From positions 1-54,370 of the forward strand of contig JBEBGG010000005.1 of the NCBI GenBank assembly GCA_040081555.1: a DNA stretch of 54,370 nt, read 5' to 3'. The position numbers and the translations under genes were made by a program. The DNA is from Vicinamibacterales bacterium (lineage in GTDB: Bacteria; Acidobacteriota; Vicinamibacteria; Vicinamibacterales; CAVVIG01). The notes below the pieces were generated by a model. It did not search any database. It was not told the DNA's origin and worked only from the letters and a program-made list of their open reading frames with translations. Of the stretch, positions 8,611-17,734 are shown piece after piece. Numbering within the stretch: the stretch's first letter is position 1; each line of letters starts with the position of its first letter.

Positions 8611-10647
8611 CTACTTGGCCAGTGGATCAGGGCGCATCTGCACCTTGATCACCTTCGGCAAGGTACCTCGCCCGCCTTCCATGTGGTGCGGGGTGTAGCT
8701 GGACGTATTTGACCACAGACCGCGGCCTTTCCAACCGGTCGTGGGATCGTCGATTCGCCCCTGCGACGACCGGGAGAAGAACCCCATCGGATAGGGAACG
8801 ACGATGTCATGGAACTTCTTCGTTTTCGGCACGAAGAGCTGGAGTGAGTCGCTGTTCACCGTGCCGCTCACGAGCACGTCCTTGCCTTGGCCCATGGTGT
8901 TGTGCCGATCCACGTGCGACAGGTACATCATCTCGGCCTGCGACGGGAATGACGTGCCCGTGAACGTCGGGCGCTCCATCTGCTGCGCCGTCCAGCCCTC
9001 GGGGCATGAATCGCCCTTGTCGGAGGACGATGTGGTCGTCTTGCATTTCCGGCGATCGAAGCTCATGACCTGATCGGTGCCTCGCCAGCCGACCCACGCC
9101 ACACCGTTCTCGTCGATCGAGGTGCCGCCCGTCTTGAACGCCGGGTTCATGCTCGTCGGCGGGCGATAGACCTCGGCTTTGCAGCTTTGCGGTGGGCTCG
9201 GCCCACGCTCGATGCGTACGAGCTGGTTGTCATTGGCGCCGATGCCCGAGCACCACAGGCTGCCGTCGACCGGGCTCACCGCGATCGAGTAGCACGACAG
9301 CGCGATGCGCCGATCCTTCTTCGGATCGAGCGGCTGGTCAGGTTCGGTCCACTCGGTGATCTTGCCGTCGCGGTTGGCGTCGATGACCGACGGGCACCAG
9401 CCCTGCGACGCTGCCGCGTCGTGCGTCTTGTCCCATGTCGCCGTGCTGACCCAGTAGACGACGCCGTTGGTGCCGAAGTACATCGGCTTGTCGGCTTCCT
9501 TCCCGAGGTGGTTGTGGTCGACGCCGACGCAGGTCGGAATCTTGGTGACCTGCTTGGTCTTCGGGTCGTACATCACCACCTGCTTGGTCTGGCCCTTTAC
9601 GGGGAAGTACTTCGCGTAAGGGTTAGCTTCTGCGTCGCAGAACGCGGGCCGCGGCGTATTGGGTGGATTGGCGGCCGTGACCCACACGCGGCCCTGTTCA
9701 TCCATCGCCAGGCTGCGGAGGTTTGCCGTTTCGGCCTGGGAGGCGCCGAGCATCACGTCGCTAGCCGAGTTGTCCTTCGGATTCATGACGGCGAGCCTGC
9801 CGCCGACGGTGTAGACCCCGTAGACAGGGCCGTTTGCGTTGACGCTCGGATCGGTTTCGCTGGTGGCCACCGCGTCAGCGCGCGTGCCGTTCGCCCACGC
9901 CCAATCCCACTGTGTAATGACGGCGTTCCGCTCGAGGCCCGCAGGACGCGGGGGCGCCTTCATCGGATAGGCCCCTGCGGCGACCTTGTCGGTCCAGTCG
10001 GCGAACATCTGTCGCTGCGCGCCGAGGCGGCCAAAGGTAGCGGACATCATCTGTCCGAATTGTCCGACCTTCACGCGTCGCTCCCACGCCTCGAGACTCG
10101 ACGAGAACGTGCCGAGCGTCGTTGGGATCGTCCGCGTCCCCGGGGTGCCGATGGCGTGGCACTGCAGGCACTCCTTGACGAGGGAGATCGCCTCCTGCTC
10201 GGGGACGTCGCCTTTCTTGATGTCCATGAGTGCGAGCCAGTATGCCGCCGGGTAGTATTGCGCCGCCGTCTTGCCGTCGGGAGCCACGACCGCGGTGTGA
10301 TCGAGACGCTGGCCCGGCGCGCCCTTCACCTTCTGCGAATCCACGAGGCCGTACCCTCTGACGAAGACCTGGTAGTTGGCCTTCGGCAGATCTGGAATGA
10401 CGTAGCGTCCCTGATCGTCGGTGACTACCGACTTGATCAGGCGCGTTGGCAGCTCCGTGGTTTCGGCGATGACCCACACACCGGCCTCGGGACCTTTCGC
10501 ACTGCGCACCACGCCGCCGATGTCGTCTGGATCGAGCGGGATCTGTGCGGGAGTACCGGGCTGCTGGGCGGTAACGTAGACGAACGACGCGGCCACTCCA
10601 ACGGCCGCCACCATCCACCGCCATCGTCTGTCTGCGCGCGTGCTCAT
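8611..10647 (-). CDS. Secreted carboxypeptidase-regulatory-like domain + heme-c + beta-propeller-like protein (paralog 2)
   Basis: Same GPEAGVWVIAETTELPT N-domain, CLQCH motif and VVPYPMGFFSRSSQGRIDDP. Start set at ATG 10647 after a G-rich RBS. Confidence 0.8.
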   Translation of the reverse strand: MSTRADRRWRWMVAAVGVAASFVYVTAQQPGTPAQIPLDPDDIGGVVRSAKGPEAGVWVIAETTELPTRLIKSVVTDDQGRYVIPDLPKANYQVFVRGYGLVDSQKVKGAPGQRLDHTAVVAPDGKTAAQYYPAAYWLALMDIKKGDVPEQEAISLVKECLQCHAIGTPGTRTIPTTLGTFSSSLEAWERRVKVGQFGQMMSATFGRLGAQRQMFADWTDKVAAGAYPMKAPPRPAGLERNAVITQWDWAWANGTRADAVATSETDPSVNANGPVYGVYTVGGRLAVMNPKDNSASDVMLGASQAETANLRSLAMDEQGRVWVTAANPPNTPRPAFCDAEANPYAKYFPVKGQTKQVVMYDPKTKQVTKIPTCVGVDHNHLGKEADKPMYFGTNGVVYWVSTATWDKTHDAAASQGWCPSVIDANRDGKITEWTEPDQPLDPKKDRRIALSCYSIAVSPVDGSLWCSGIGANDNQLVRIERGPSPPQSCKAEVYRPPTSMNPAFKTGGTSIDENGVAWVGWRGTDQVMSFDRRKCKTTTSSSDKGDSCPEGWTAQQMERPTFTGTSFPSQAEMMYLSHVDRHNTMGQGKDVLVSGTVNSDSLQLFVPKTKKFHDIVVPYPMGFFSRSSQGRIDDPTTGWKGRGLWSNTSSYTPHHMEGGRGTLPKVIKVQMRPDPLAK

Positions 10648-10920
10648 TGGTCCCCCCTTCAAGCCAAGGCGTCCGGGCCCGGTTTCGGGCCGCCGAAAGC
10701 ATACGCCCGAGGCGCAACGGAATGTGGGAAATCTGTGCCCTCCGGTGAATACCGTCCCGGTTGTCCCCATGGCTCAATCCTCTCAAGGAAAAGGCGCCGG
10801 CGGGATGTAGAATCCGCACACCATCGGGAGTCGGAACAGAACCGGAGCTGATTCTCGAACGAGCGCAGGTAGGGAGCACATCCACGGCACTCGTTCTGGG
10901 TAAAGACCGAGGGAGGTTGC

Positions 10921-11922
10921 ATGATGGTTCGATGCGCTCGTTGGTCCGCAGCGCTCGTCTTCGGTCTGCTCACCGTCGCGTCGGTCGTGGCTCTCGCACA
11001 ATCGAAGAAGCCCTGGACCGTTCCCAGCACGTCCTGGGGCGATCCGGATCTCCAGGGTGTCTGGTCGAACTCGCACGAGATCAACGTGCCATTCGAGCGG
11101 CCCGCCGAGTTCGGCACGCGCGAGTACCTCAACAAAGACGAGGTCGGGCGGGTGCTGGCGGAGCGCAACAAGAACCGTGAGGACAACGTCGACAATGTCG
11201 GCGGCATCGGCACGGGGGCAGGTCCCGGGCACTGGTACGAGTACTGGAACAACAACGTCTCGCTCCGGACGTCAATCGTCGTCGATCCGCCGGACGGGAA
11301 GATTCCCCCGATCACCCCTGAGGCGAAGCGTCGGGACGATGCGCGGAAGGGTCTCGGCCGCCAGGGGAGCTGGGGCAACGGGCCGTGGAACGGCCCCGAG
11401 GACTTCAGCAACTACGAGCGCTGCATCACGCGCGCGCTGCCCGACGTGAATCTGCAGTTGTTCTACAACAACAACTATCAAATCGTGCAGGGGCCGGGCT
11501 ACGTCGCGATCCTCTACGAGATGATCCACGAGAGCCGCATCATTCCGCTCGACGGCCGCCCACATTCACCGGTGCGCCAGATGATGGGCGACTCCCGCGG
11601 CCGATGGGAAGGCCAGACACTGGTCGTCGACGTCACCAACTTCACCGACAAGACGAACTTTCGAGGGTCCGGCGATACGCTGCATCTGGTTGAGCGCTTC
11701 ACGCGTATCTCGCCGACCCAGATCAAATACGAAGTGACCGTGGACGATCCTACGGTGTGGACGCGGTCGTGGACGGCGCGGTCGTTCTGGGACAAGGACG
11801 CCCAGCAGGCGCAGGTCTTTGAGTACGCCTGCCACGAGGGGAACTACGGCCTGTTCAACATGCTGAGCGGCGCGCGCGCCGCGGAGAAGAAGGCCGCCGC
11901 CGAATCGGGGAAGCGCCAGTGA
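10921..11922 (+). CDS. Secreted uncharacterised protein (GDPDLQGVW / GDSRGRWEG / EYACHEGN family)
   Basis: GGAGG RBS, signal peptide, motifs SRIIPLDGRPH, MGDSRGRWEGQTLVVDVTNF and FEYACHEGNY. Confidence 0.8.
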   Translation: MMVRCARWSAALVFGLLTVASVVALAQSKKPWTVPSTSWGDPDLQGVWSNSHEINVPFERPAEFGTREYLNKDEVGRVLAERNKNREDNVDNVGGIGTGAGPGHWYEYWNNNVSLRTSIVVDPPDGKIPPITPEAKRRDDARKGLGRQGSWGNGPWNGPEDFSNYERCITRALPDVNLQLFYNNNYQIVQGPGYVAILYEMIHESRIIPLDGRPHSPVRQMMGDSRGRWEGQTLVVDVTNFTDKTNFRGSGDTLHLVERFTRISPTQIKYEVTVDDPTVWTRSWTARSFWDKDAQQAQVFEYACHEGNYGLFNMLSGARAAEKKAAAESGKRQ

Positions 11923-12734
11923 CGCGACCGCGCTGGAAGCGCACGACGTTCGCCTGCGCCTCTGCCGGAGTGGCCGCGTGGCTCCTGGGGGCGCCACTCT
12001 CTGGACAGGAGGCGGCGTACAAGGCACTGCGGACCAGAGATGGCAAGCCGAACCTGAGCGGCATCTGGCAGACGATGAACACGGCGAACTGGGATCTCCA
12101 GGCGCATCCCGCACGGGCCGGGCTGCCCGAACTCGGCGCGAAGGCCGCCGAGCCAGCCGGTCTCGGCGTGGTCGTCGGCGGCGAGATTCCGTACAAGCCC
12201 GAGGCGCGCGCCCAGAAGCTGGAGAACTTCGAGAACCGGATGACGGCCGACCCCGAAGCGAAGTGCTACATGCCGGGGGTGCCGCGCGCGACCTACCTGC
12301 CGTACCCGTTTCAGATCGTGCAGAGCACGAACCAGATCATGATCGTCTACGAGTACGCGAGCAGCAACCGCACCATCCACTTCTCCAAACAGCCCGAGAG
12401 TCCCGTCGATACGTGGATGGGGCAGTCGGTCGGCCGCTGGGAAGGGGATACGCTGGTCGTGGACGTGAAGAGCCAGATCGACAAGACATGGTTCGATCGC
12501 GCCGGCAATTACCACAGCGACGCGCTGCACGTGACGGAGCGCTATACGCCGACCAGCCGAGACTCGCTCTGGTACGAGGCGACGATCGACGATCCGAAGA
12601 TCTTCACCCGTCCCTGGAAGATCGAGATGCCGCTGTACCGACGGCTCGACAAGGGCATGCAGCTTCTCGACTTCCGCTGCGTGGAGTTCTCCGAGGAGCT
12701 CCTTTACGGACATCTGCGCAAGAAGAAGGACTAA
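11919..12734 (+). CDS. Secreted uncharacterised protein, distant paralog of 10921-11922
   Basis: GTGA overlap with the upstream stop. Motifs DGKPNLSGIWQ, KCYMPGVPR, WMGQSVGRWEGDTLVVDV and DFRCVE. Confidence 0.8.
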   Translation: MTRPRWKRTTFACASAGVAAWLLGAPLSGQEAAYKALRTRDGKPNLSGIWQTMNTANWDLQAHPARAGLPELGAKAAEPAGLGVVVGGEIPYKPEARAQKLENFENRMTADPEAKCYMPGVPRATYLPYPFQIVQSTNQIMIVYEYASSNRTIHFSKQPESPVDTWMGQSVGRWEGDTLVVDVKSQIDKTWFDRAGNYHSDALHVTERYTPTSRDSLWYEATIDDPKIFTRPWKIEMPLYRRLDKGMQLLDFRCVEFSEELLYGHLRKKKD

Positions 12735-12810
12735 GCCTGTTCTGGCGCCCAGGCGGCTCGACGTCGAAGCAGCCTCCCGACAATGTGCGCATCAATGTGG
12801 TGAACCCGGC

Positions 12811-15021
12811 TCAGGCCCGGAACGTCCACCGGAATTTCACGGCGAGTAGTTCCGTATCCGGAGATAGAACACGTTCGGAAGGACTCAAGTCCAACCGCTT
12901 CCATCCGCGGTTCCACACGATGAAGAGATCATTGCCGGGCCTGATCGTCCAGCGGAGTCGGAGATTGTTGCCGACGGTCTGAGATACCGAGTCGAACTGC
13001 AGGAAGCTGGTCAGCGACGTGTAGCTGTTCACGGCATACGTCGTGTTGACCTGCCATAGCCGCTGCACGAAGTGCCCTTCCGGGAGTTGTCCGAAGTTCT
13101 GCTCCACGCTGACGCCTGCTTGCCAGCCGCCGTTGGCGCTGGTGTAGCGAATGTAGTTCGATTGCTGATACAGCCTGCCGCTGTAGAAGGAGCCAAATCC
13201 GCTGGTGTTGCCGAATTGCGCACGCCGGTTGGGGCTGGTCTGGAACTCGCCGATCAGACGGTCGAAGCGGTACCGCCCGACGGGCAGTGTCACGTCGTCG
13301 GCGATCTCGAACGGCACTGGGAGGTTCTCCAGCGTCGGAAGCCAGGTGAAGGAGAACCGGTCACCCGACTCCATTTGGACGTTGACGGGTACCCATGAGA
13401 AGCGCTGCGACTCCACCAATCCCTGGTGGTTGGTGATCCGATAGAAACGGTGGTCCATGAACTGCTGCCGCACCCAGCCGAACGGTCCATCCTTGCGAGG
13501 ACGGGGGCGGAACTCGCACGCCCAGTCCGTGCGGTGGATGCCGGGCCTGGGGATGAAGCCGAGCGCAGGATCCAGTGATTCGCCGAACTGGTGGAAAGAG
13601 GCGAAGCAATCCCATCGGTCGTTGGGATAGTCCACCTTGATGCCGTAGCCCGCGCGGTTGCCACTGCCGCTGCCGGCAGGACGAGTTGTCGCCGCCCCCC
13701 AAATCCCGACGAAGAAGTTCTTGTCGCCAAAGAATTCCGAGGTTCGATACACCGCGTCGAACCCAGCCAGCGTGTTGCGCTCGACGCCGTCGGGGCTGCC
13801 ATCGGTCACGATTGATCCCACACGCAACTTCTCGGTGAGATCGACCGACGTTCGTCCCACGAACAGGTTCGTGCCTCGCACGCCTTCTCCTGATGCGAGC
13901 GTCGTGTCTCGGGTTCGCACGTCGAGCACACCGAGGTTCCATCGGCCGACCCGGCCGTTCAACTTCACGCCCACGTCGATCGGGACTTGTTCGCCGTCGA
14001 TGAGACCAATGCGCCGGGAGAAGAACGGCAGGAACTTGTCCTCCAGGCCGAGGCCGAACTGGTACTGATTCGACCCCTCGAGGAAGAACGTCCGCCGTTC
14101 GGGAAAGAACAGCTCGAATCGGGTGAGGTTGAGCTGCCGCGTATCCACTTCGGTCTCGGCAAAGTCGGTGTTGGCCGTGACCACCGCAGCGAGCTGTGAC
14201 GTGACCCGGTAGGAAAAATCGCCGCCGACCGCGCCCAGGAAGTCGCGGTCTCCCACCGAGAAGTCGTTGCGGGTGCGGCCTGTCGTATAGGGGCTGAACT
14301 CGAGGCCGAGTCCCTGCTTCAACTCCGCCAACCCCGTCACGGTGCCGGCACGCGAGAGATCGTAGAAGAACGAATCCAGAGTGGGCGACGTCCAGCGCAG
14401 CACGGTCTGGACACGGGCGATGTTGCGCTCGAAATTCGCGCCCCAGGCGTCAAGGCCGCGCGTGAAGTTCAGCGAGCGCGTCGGGATCGCGACTTCGATC
14501 GTCCACCGGTCGGCGGCCCGGTGCGTGCGCGCATCCCAGATGCCATCCCAGTCCAAGCTCGGATCTTCAGGGCCGGCGATGAGCCCATCGACGCGGGCAC
14601 CGGAGGCGTTCACGCGGAAGAAATAGCCGGTCCGACGGTCCCCATACGTGTCGAGCGCGATCGACACGAAATCGTCGCCCGCCACGTCGCCGTCGCGCTG
14701 CATCGTGTGCACCGCCAGCTGGCGCGGGTCGGGATCGAGGCACTCGAATGCGAAGTAGAGGTTCTCCTGGTTTGCGACGATCCGCACCGTGGTTTCGAAT
14801 GGAGTGGCTTCGCCCGCCTTGGGCGCTTGTTGCGTCAGGAGGATCGGAGCGGCCTGCCTCCAGAACGGCTCGTCGAGTCGTCCATCGAGTCGAATCGCCT
14901 CCTCAATGACGAGAACCGCGGACGCCGTTGGTTCCTGCGCGCGGGCGGAACCCGGGTTTCTACAGAGAACTGCGAGGCACAGACATGTGACAAGGACTCG
15001 ATGAATCTTTGATTCCCGCAT
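12811..15021 (-). CDS. CBM9-like/DUF5916 outer-membrane protein
   Basis: IRLDGRLDEPFW CBM9-like N-domain, NTDFAETEVD..NLTRFELFFPERRTFFLEG, FFSRRIG and a barrel-like C-terminus (AVKFRWTFRA). Confidence 0.82.
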   Translation of the reverse strand: MRESKIHRVLVTCLCLAVLCRNPGSARAQEPTASAVLVIEEAIRLDGRLDEPFWRQAAPILLTQQAPKAGEATPFETTVRIVANQENLYFAFECLDPDPRQLAVHTMQRDGDVAGDDFVSIALDTYGDRRTGYFFRVNASGARVDGLIAGPEDPSLDWDGIWDARTHRAADRWTIEVAIPTRSLNFTRGLDAWGANFERNIARVQTVLRWTSPTLDSFFYDLSRAGTVTGLAELKQGLGLEFSPYTTGRTRNDFSVGDRDFLGAVGGDFSYRVTSQLAAVVTANTDFAETEVDTRQLNLTRFELFFPERRTFFLEGSNQYQFGLGLEDKFLPFFSRRIGLIDGEQVPIDVGVKLNGRVGRWNLGVLDVRTRDTTLASGEGVRGTNLFVGRTSVDLTEKLRVGSIVTDGSPDGVERNTLAGFDAVYRTSEFFGDKNFFVGIWGAATTRPAGSGSGNRAGYGIKVDYPNDRWDCFASFHQFGESLDPALGFIPRPGIHRTDWACEFRPRPRKDGPFGWVRQQFMDHRFYRITNHQGLVESQRFSWVPVNVQMESGDRFSFTWLPTLENLPVPFEIADDVTLPVGRYRFDRLIGEFQTSPNRRAQFGNTSGFGSFYSGRLYQQSNYIRYTSANGGWQAGVSVEQNFGQLPEGHFVQRLWQVNTTYAVNSYTSLTSFLQFDSVSQTVGNNLRLRWTIRPGNDLFIVWNRGWKRLDLSPSERVLSPDTELLAVKFRWTFRA

Positions 15022-15024
15022 TGG

Positions 15025-15060
15025 GACAATAGGAAACACTAGCAGGGTCTCCGGGGCAAC
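15025..15060. repeat. 36-bp imperfect direct repeat, copy 1 (copy 2 at 18721-18755)
   Basis: GACAATAGGAAACACTAGCAGGGTCTCCGGGGCAAC versus GACGATAGGAAACATTCGCAGG-TCTCCGGGGCAAC: 3 mismatches and 1 gap. Confidence 0.85.
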
Positions 15061-15200
15061 AGAAGACCCGTTCTCGTGCTCGCCGGCGCCACCGCCGTTG
15101 GTGCGCTATTCTTGCCGGAGGTGACCACGCAGGTGGGCTGGGACGGCGTCAAAGGCGACGAGTCACGAGTCGCCCCGTTTCACATAGATGGAGCGTTCAG

Positions 15201-17693
15201 ATGGCCAACGATCAAGACCGCACAGTCAACCGCGGCCGCCGTTTCTTCCTGAAGTCGGCACCGGCCATCGGACTCGGTGTCGTCGGCTGCAGCACTGGCA
15301 GCGCACCCACGGAGACTCCGTCCACGACACCGCGGCTGATTGCGTACGACCTGACCAAGCAATCCGGCGCATTGGAACCTGACGAGACCGTCCGTTCCGC
15401 GTGTCAGTTCTGCAATTCGCTGTGCGGCATCACGGTGCTGAAGAAGAGCGGCCGCGTGATCGGCATCAAGGGCGAACTGAACGACCCCGTGCAGGCGGGC
15501 AATCTGTGCGTCAAGGGGCCGATGATGACGGAGCTGGTGTACAACCCGCGCCGCATCAAGACGCCGTTGAAGCGCGTCCGCGGGAAGAAGGGTGATCCCG
15601 CGTCGGTGTTCGAGCCGGTGACGTGGGATGCCGCCCTCGATGGCATCGCCAGGAAGTTGATTGAGATCCGCGACACCACCGGACCTCAGGCGATTGCCAA
15701 CAAGACGTCCGGGCGGCTGCCGCGCGGCACCGGATCCATCATCGGCCGGTTCTTCGACTTGTACGGTTCACCGAACGCGACCGACGTCGGTCCGGTCTGT
15801 AACGACGCTGGTGGCAATGCGCTCGCGTGGACCTTTGGCCTCGGCAACTTCACCAACGGATACGGCGTCGATGGCTCGACCGGGAAGGAGGATCTGGGCA
15901 GTTCGAAGTTCTTCCTGTTTCTCGGCACGAACCAGGCGGAGACCCACCCGGTGACCTTCGAGTACCTGTTACGCGCCCGTGAAGAGACGGGGGCAAAGCT
16001 CGTGGTCGTGGATCCTCGGCAGACCCCCACCAGCGCCTACGCGGATCAACATCTTGCGATCCGACCGCACACCGACATGGCGTTGGCCTACGGCATGATC
16101 GCCCACATCCTCGACAAGGAGTTGTACGACAAGGCGTTTGTCGCACAGTGGGTGCTCGGGTTCGACGAGCTTCGCGCGCACGTGAAGGCGCAGGGGTTCA
16201 GTCCCGAGTGGGCGGAAGGCATGACGACCATTCCCGCGCAGACCATTCGTGCACTGGCCGAGAGCTTCGCCGCGGCAAGGCCGGCCTCGATCTTCTGCAA
16301 CGCCGGCGTCTCGCATCAGCTCAATAGTTTTCACACCTACCGGGCCCTGGCGTTCCTGTCTGCAATCACCGGCAACATCGGCCAGCCGGGCGGTGGCTGC
16401 AACTTCATGCATAACACCTGGCCTGGCGGACTCAACCTGCCCCCAGTCAGCGGAGCGCTCCCGACGAAGCCAACAGCGCTTCCGGTCGGGCCCGATTGGT
16501 TTGCGACGTCGATCCTCGACTCCAGGCCATACAAACTTCGCGCGGTCTTCATGGAAGGGAACCCGATCGTCGACAGCGCGAACAGTGCCCGCGTGAGACG
16601 TGCCTACGAGCAGCTCGAATTTCTCGTCTACCCGGGCCTGTTCATGGAGGAGCCGGCGTACTACGCGGATTACATCCTGCCGGTGCCGAGCGTCCTCGAG
16701 ATGGACACCATCTACATGCGTCGGGATGACCGGGCCATTCGCTGGTGCAACAAGGCCGTGCCCGTGGTGGGTGAGTCGCGACCCGATATTCACATCTGGA
16801 TCGACTTGGCGAAGAAGATGGCCGCCCTCGATCGCAAGAATCCGCCCGAGTACTGGACCGACAACCTTCGCGACGAGTGGAAGGACTATCGCCACCTCTG
16901 GGACGACGTGTTTGCGAAGCACACACCGGGTGTGGCCGGCATGACCTCGGCCCGCATGGCGCAGAGCGCTGTACCGCTTCGGTGGCCGTGCCCGAGCGCC
17001 GATCATGCGGGCGTCAGCACGTTGTATCTCGATCACCCGTCATGGCAGTCCGTTGCCGAGGCCCTGGGACATCCCGGCAAGCGTTTCCTCACGCCCAGTG
17101 GCAAAGTCGAAATCTACACTCCCGAACTGGAGGCGAAGCTGACGCCAGTCGGGCATCACGCGCTCCCGCCGTTCTATTCGCATCCCGAGGCGACGGGCAA
17201 CTTGCCGTCGGTCCGGCATCTCGACGAGCTCGTGGACAATCCCATCAACCCGGGGTCGCTCACGCCCAAAGCCGTCATCCCGACCACGGTGCCGCGCCCG
17301 GCGGGCTTTCCGCTCGTCGGCATGATCGGCCGTCCAAGCGTCGTGCATTTCGCGACGATCACCCAATGGACGCCCACCGGCAAGCAGTTGAACGGAATCC
17401 GACTGGTGCAATTGCATCCGCAGACGGCCGCCGCCGCAGGCATCGTCAACGGCGACCTCATTCGAGTCGAGAGTCCGCGCGGCACCGTGAGTGCAACGGC
17501 CTTGCTGTTTGACGGCATTCGCCCCGACACGATTTTTGTGCCCAACCTGTTTGGCCCGAATCAGACGCTGGGCGAGGAGATTGGCTTGCCGCTCTACGAG
17601 TCGGCAAACACCCTGGTCGACGATCGCTACTTCGACAATCTCTCGGGACAACAGGCCTACAAATGTTTCGCCTGCAGAGTCGTGAAGGCCTGA
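15201..17693 (+). CDS. Tat-exported bis-MGD molybdopterin oxidoreductase (DMSO reductase superfamily) catalytic subunit
   Basis: RGRRFFLK Tat motif, [4Fe-4S] motif CQFCNSLC...NLCVKG, GTNQAETHP, VVDPR, ADYILP, TPSGKVEI and a C-terminal molydop-binding domain. Confidence 0.92.
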   Translation: MANDQDRTVNRGRRFFLKSAPAIGLGVVGCSTGSAPTETPSTTPRLIAYDLTKQSGALEPDETVRSACQFCNSLCGITVLKKSGRVIGIKGELNDPVQAGNLCVKGPMMTELVYNPRRIKTPLKRVRGKKGDPASVFEPVTWDAALDGIARKLIEIRDTTGPQAIANKTSGRLPRGTGSIIGRFFDLYGSPNATDVGPVCNDAGGNALAWTFGLGNFTNGYGVDGSTGKEDLGSSKFFLFLGTNQAETHPVTFEYLLRAREETGAKLVVVDPRQTPTSAYADQHLAIRPHTDMALAYGMIAHILDKELYDKAFVAQWVLGFDELRAHVKAQGFSPEWAEGMTTIPAQTIRALAESFAAARPASIFCNAGVSHQLNSFHTYRALAFLSAITGNIGQPGGGCNFMHNTWPGGLNLPPVSGALPTKPTALPVGPDWFATSILDSRPYKLRAVFMEGNPIVDSANSARVRRAYEQLEFLVYPGLFMEEPAYYADYILPVPSVLEMDTIYMRRDDRAIRWCNKAVPVVGESRPDIHIWIDLAKKMAALDRKNPPEYWTDNLRDEWKDYRHLWDDVFAKHTPGVAGMTSARMAQSAVPLRWPCPSADHAGVSTLYLDHPSWQSVAEALGHPGKRFLTPSGKVEIYTPELEAKLTPVGHHALPPFYSHPEATGNLPSVRHLDELVDNPINPGSLTPKAVIPTTVPRPAGFPLVGMIGRPSVVHFATITQWTPTGKQLNGIRLVQLHPQTAAAAGIVNGDLIRVESPRGTVSATALLFDGIRPDTIFVPNLFGPNQTLGEEIGLPLYESANTLVDDRYFDNLSGQQAYKCFACRVVKA

Positions 17694-17734
17694 TCGGCTG
17701 ACGCCGAGCCTCGATGAAGACGCCGCGGCTGGGC

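Noticed and set aside
15062-15110. RRPVLVLAGATAVG as a MiaA or MFS gene stub
   Set aside because: Too short and ambiguous; it lacks the P-loop GKT.
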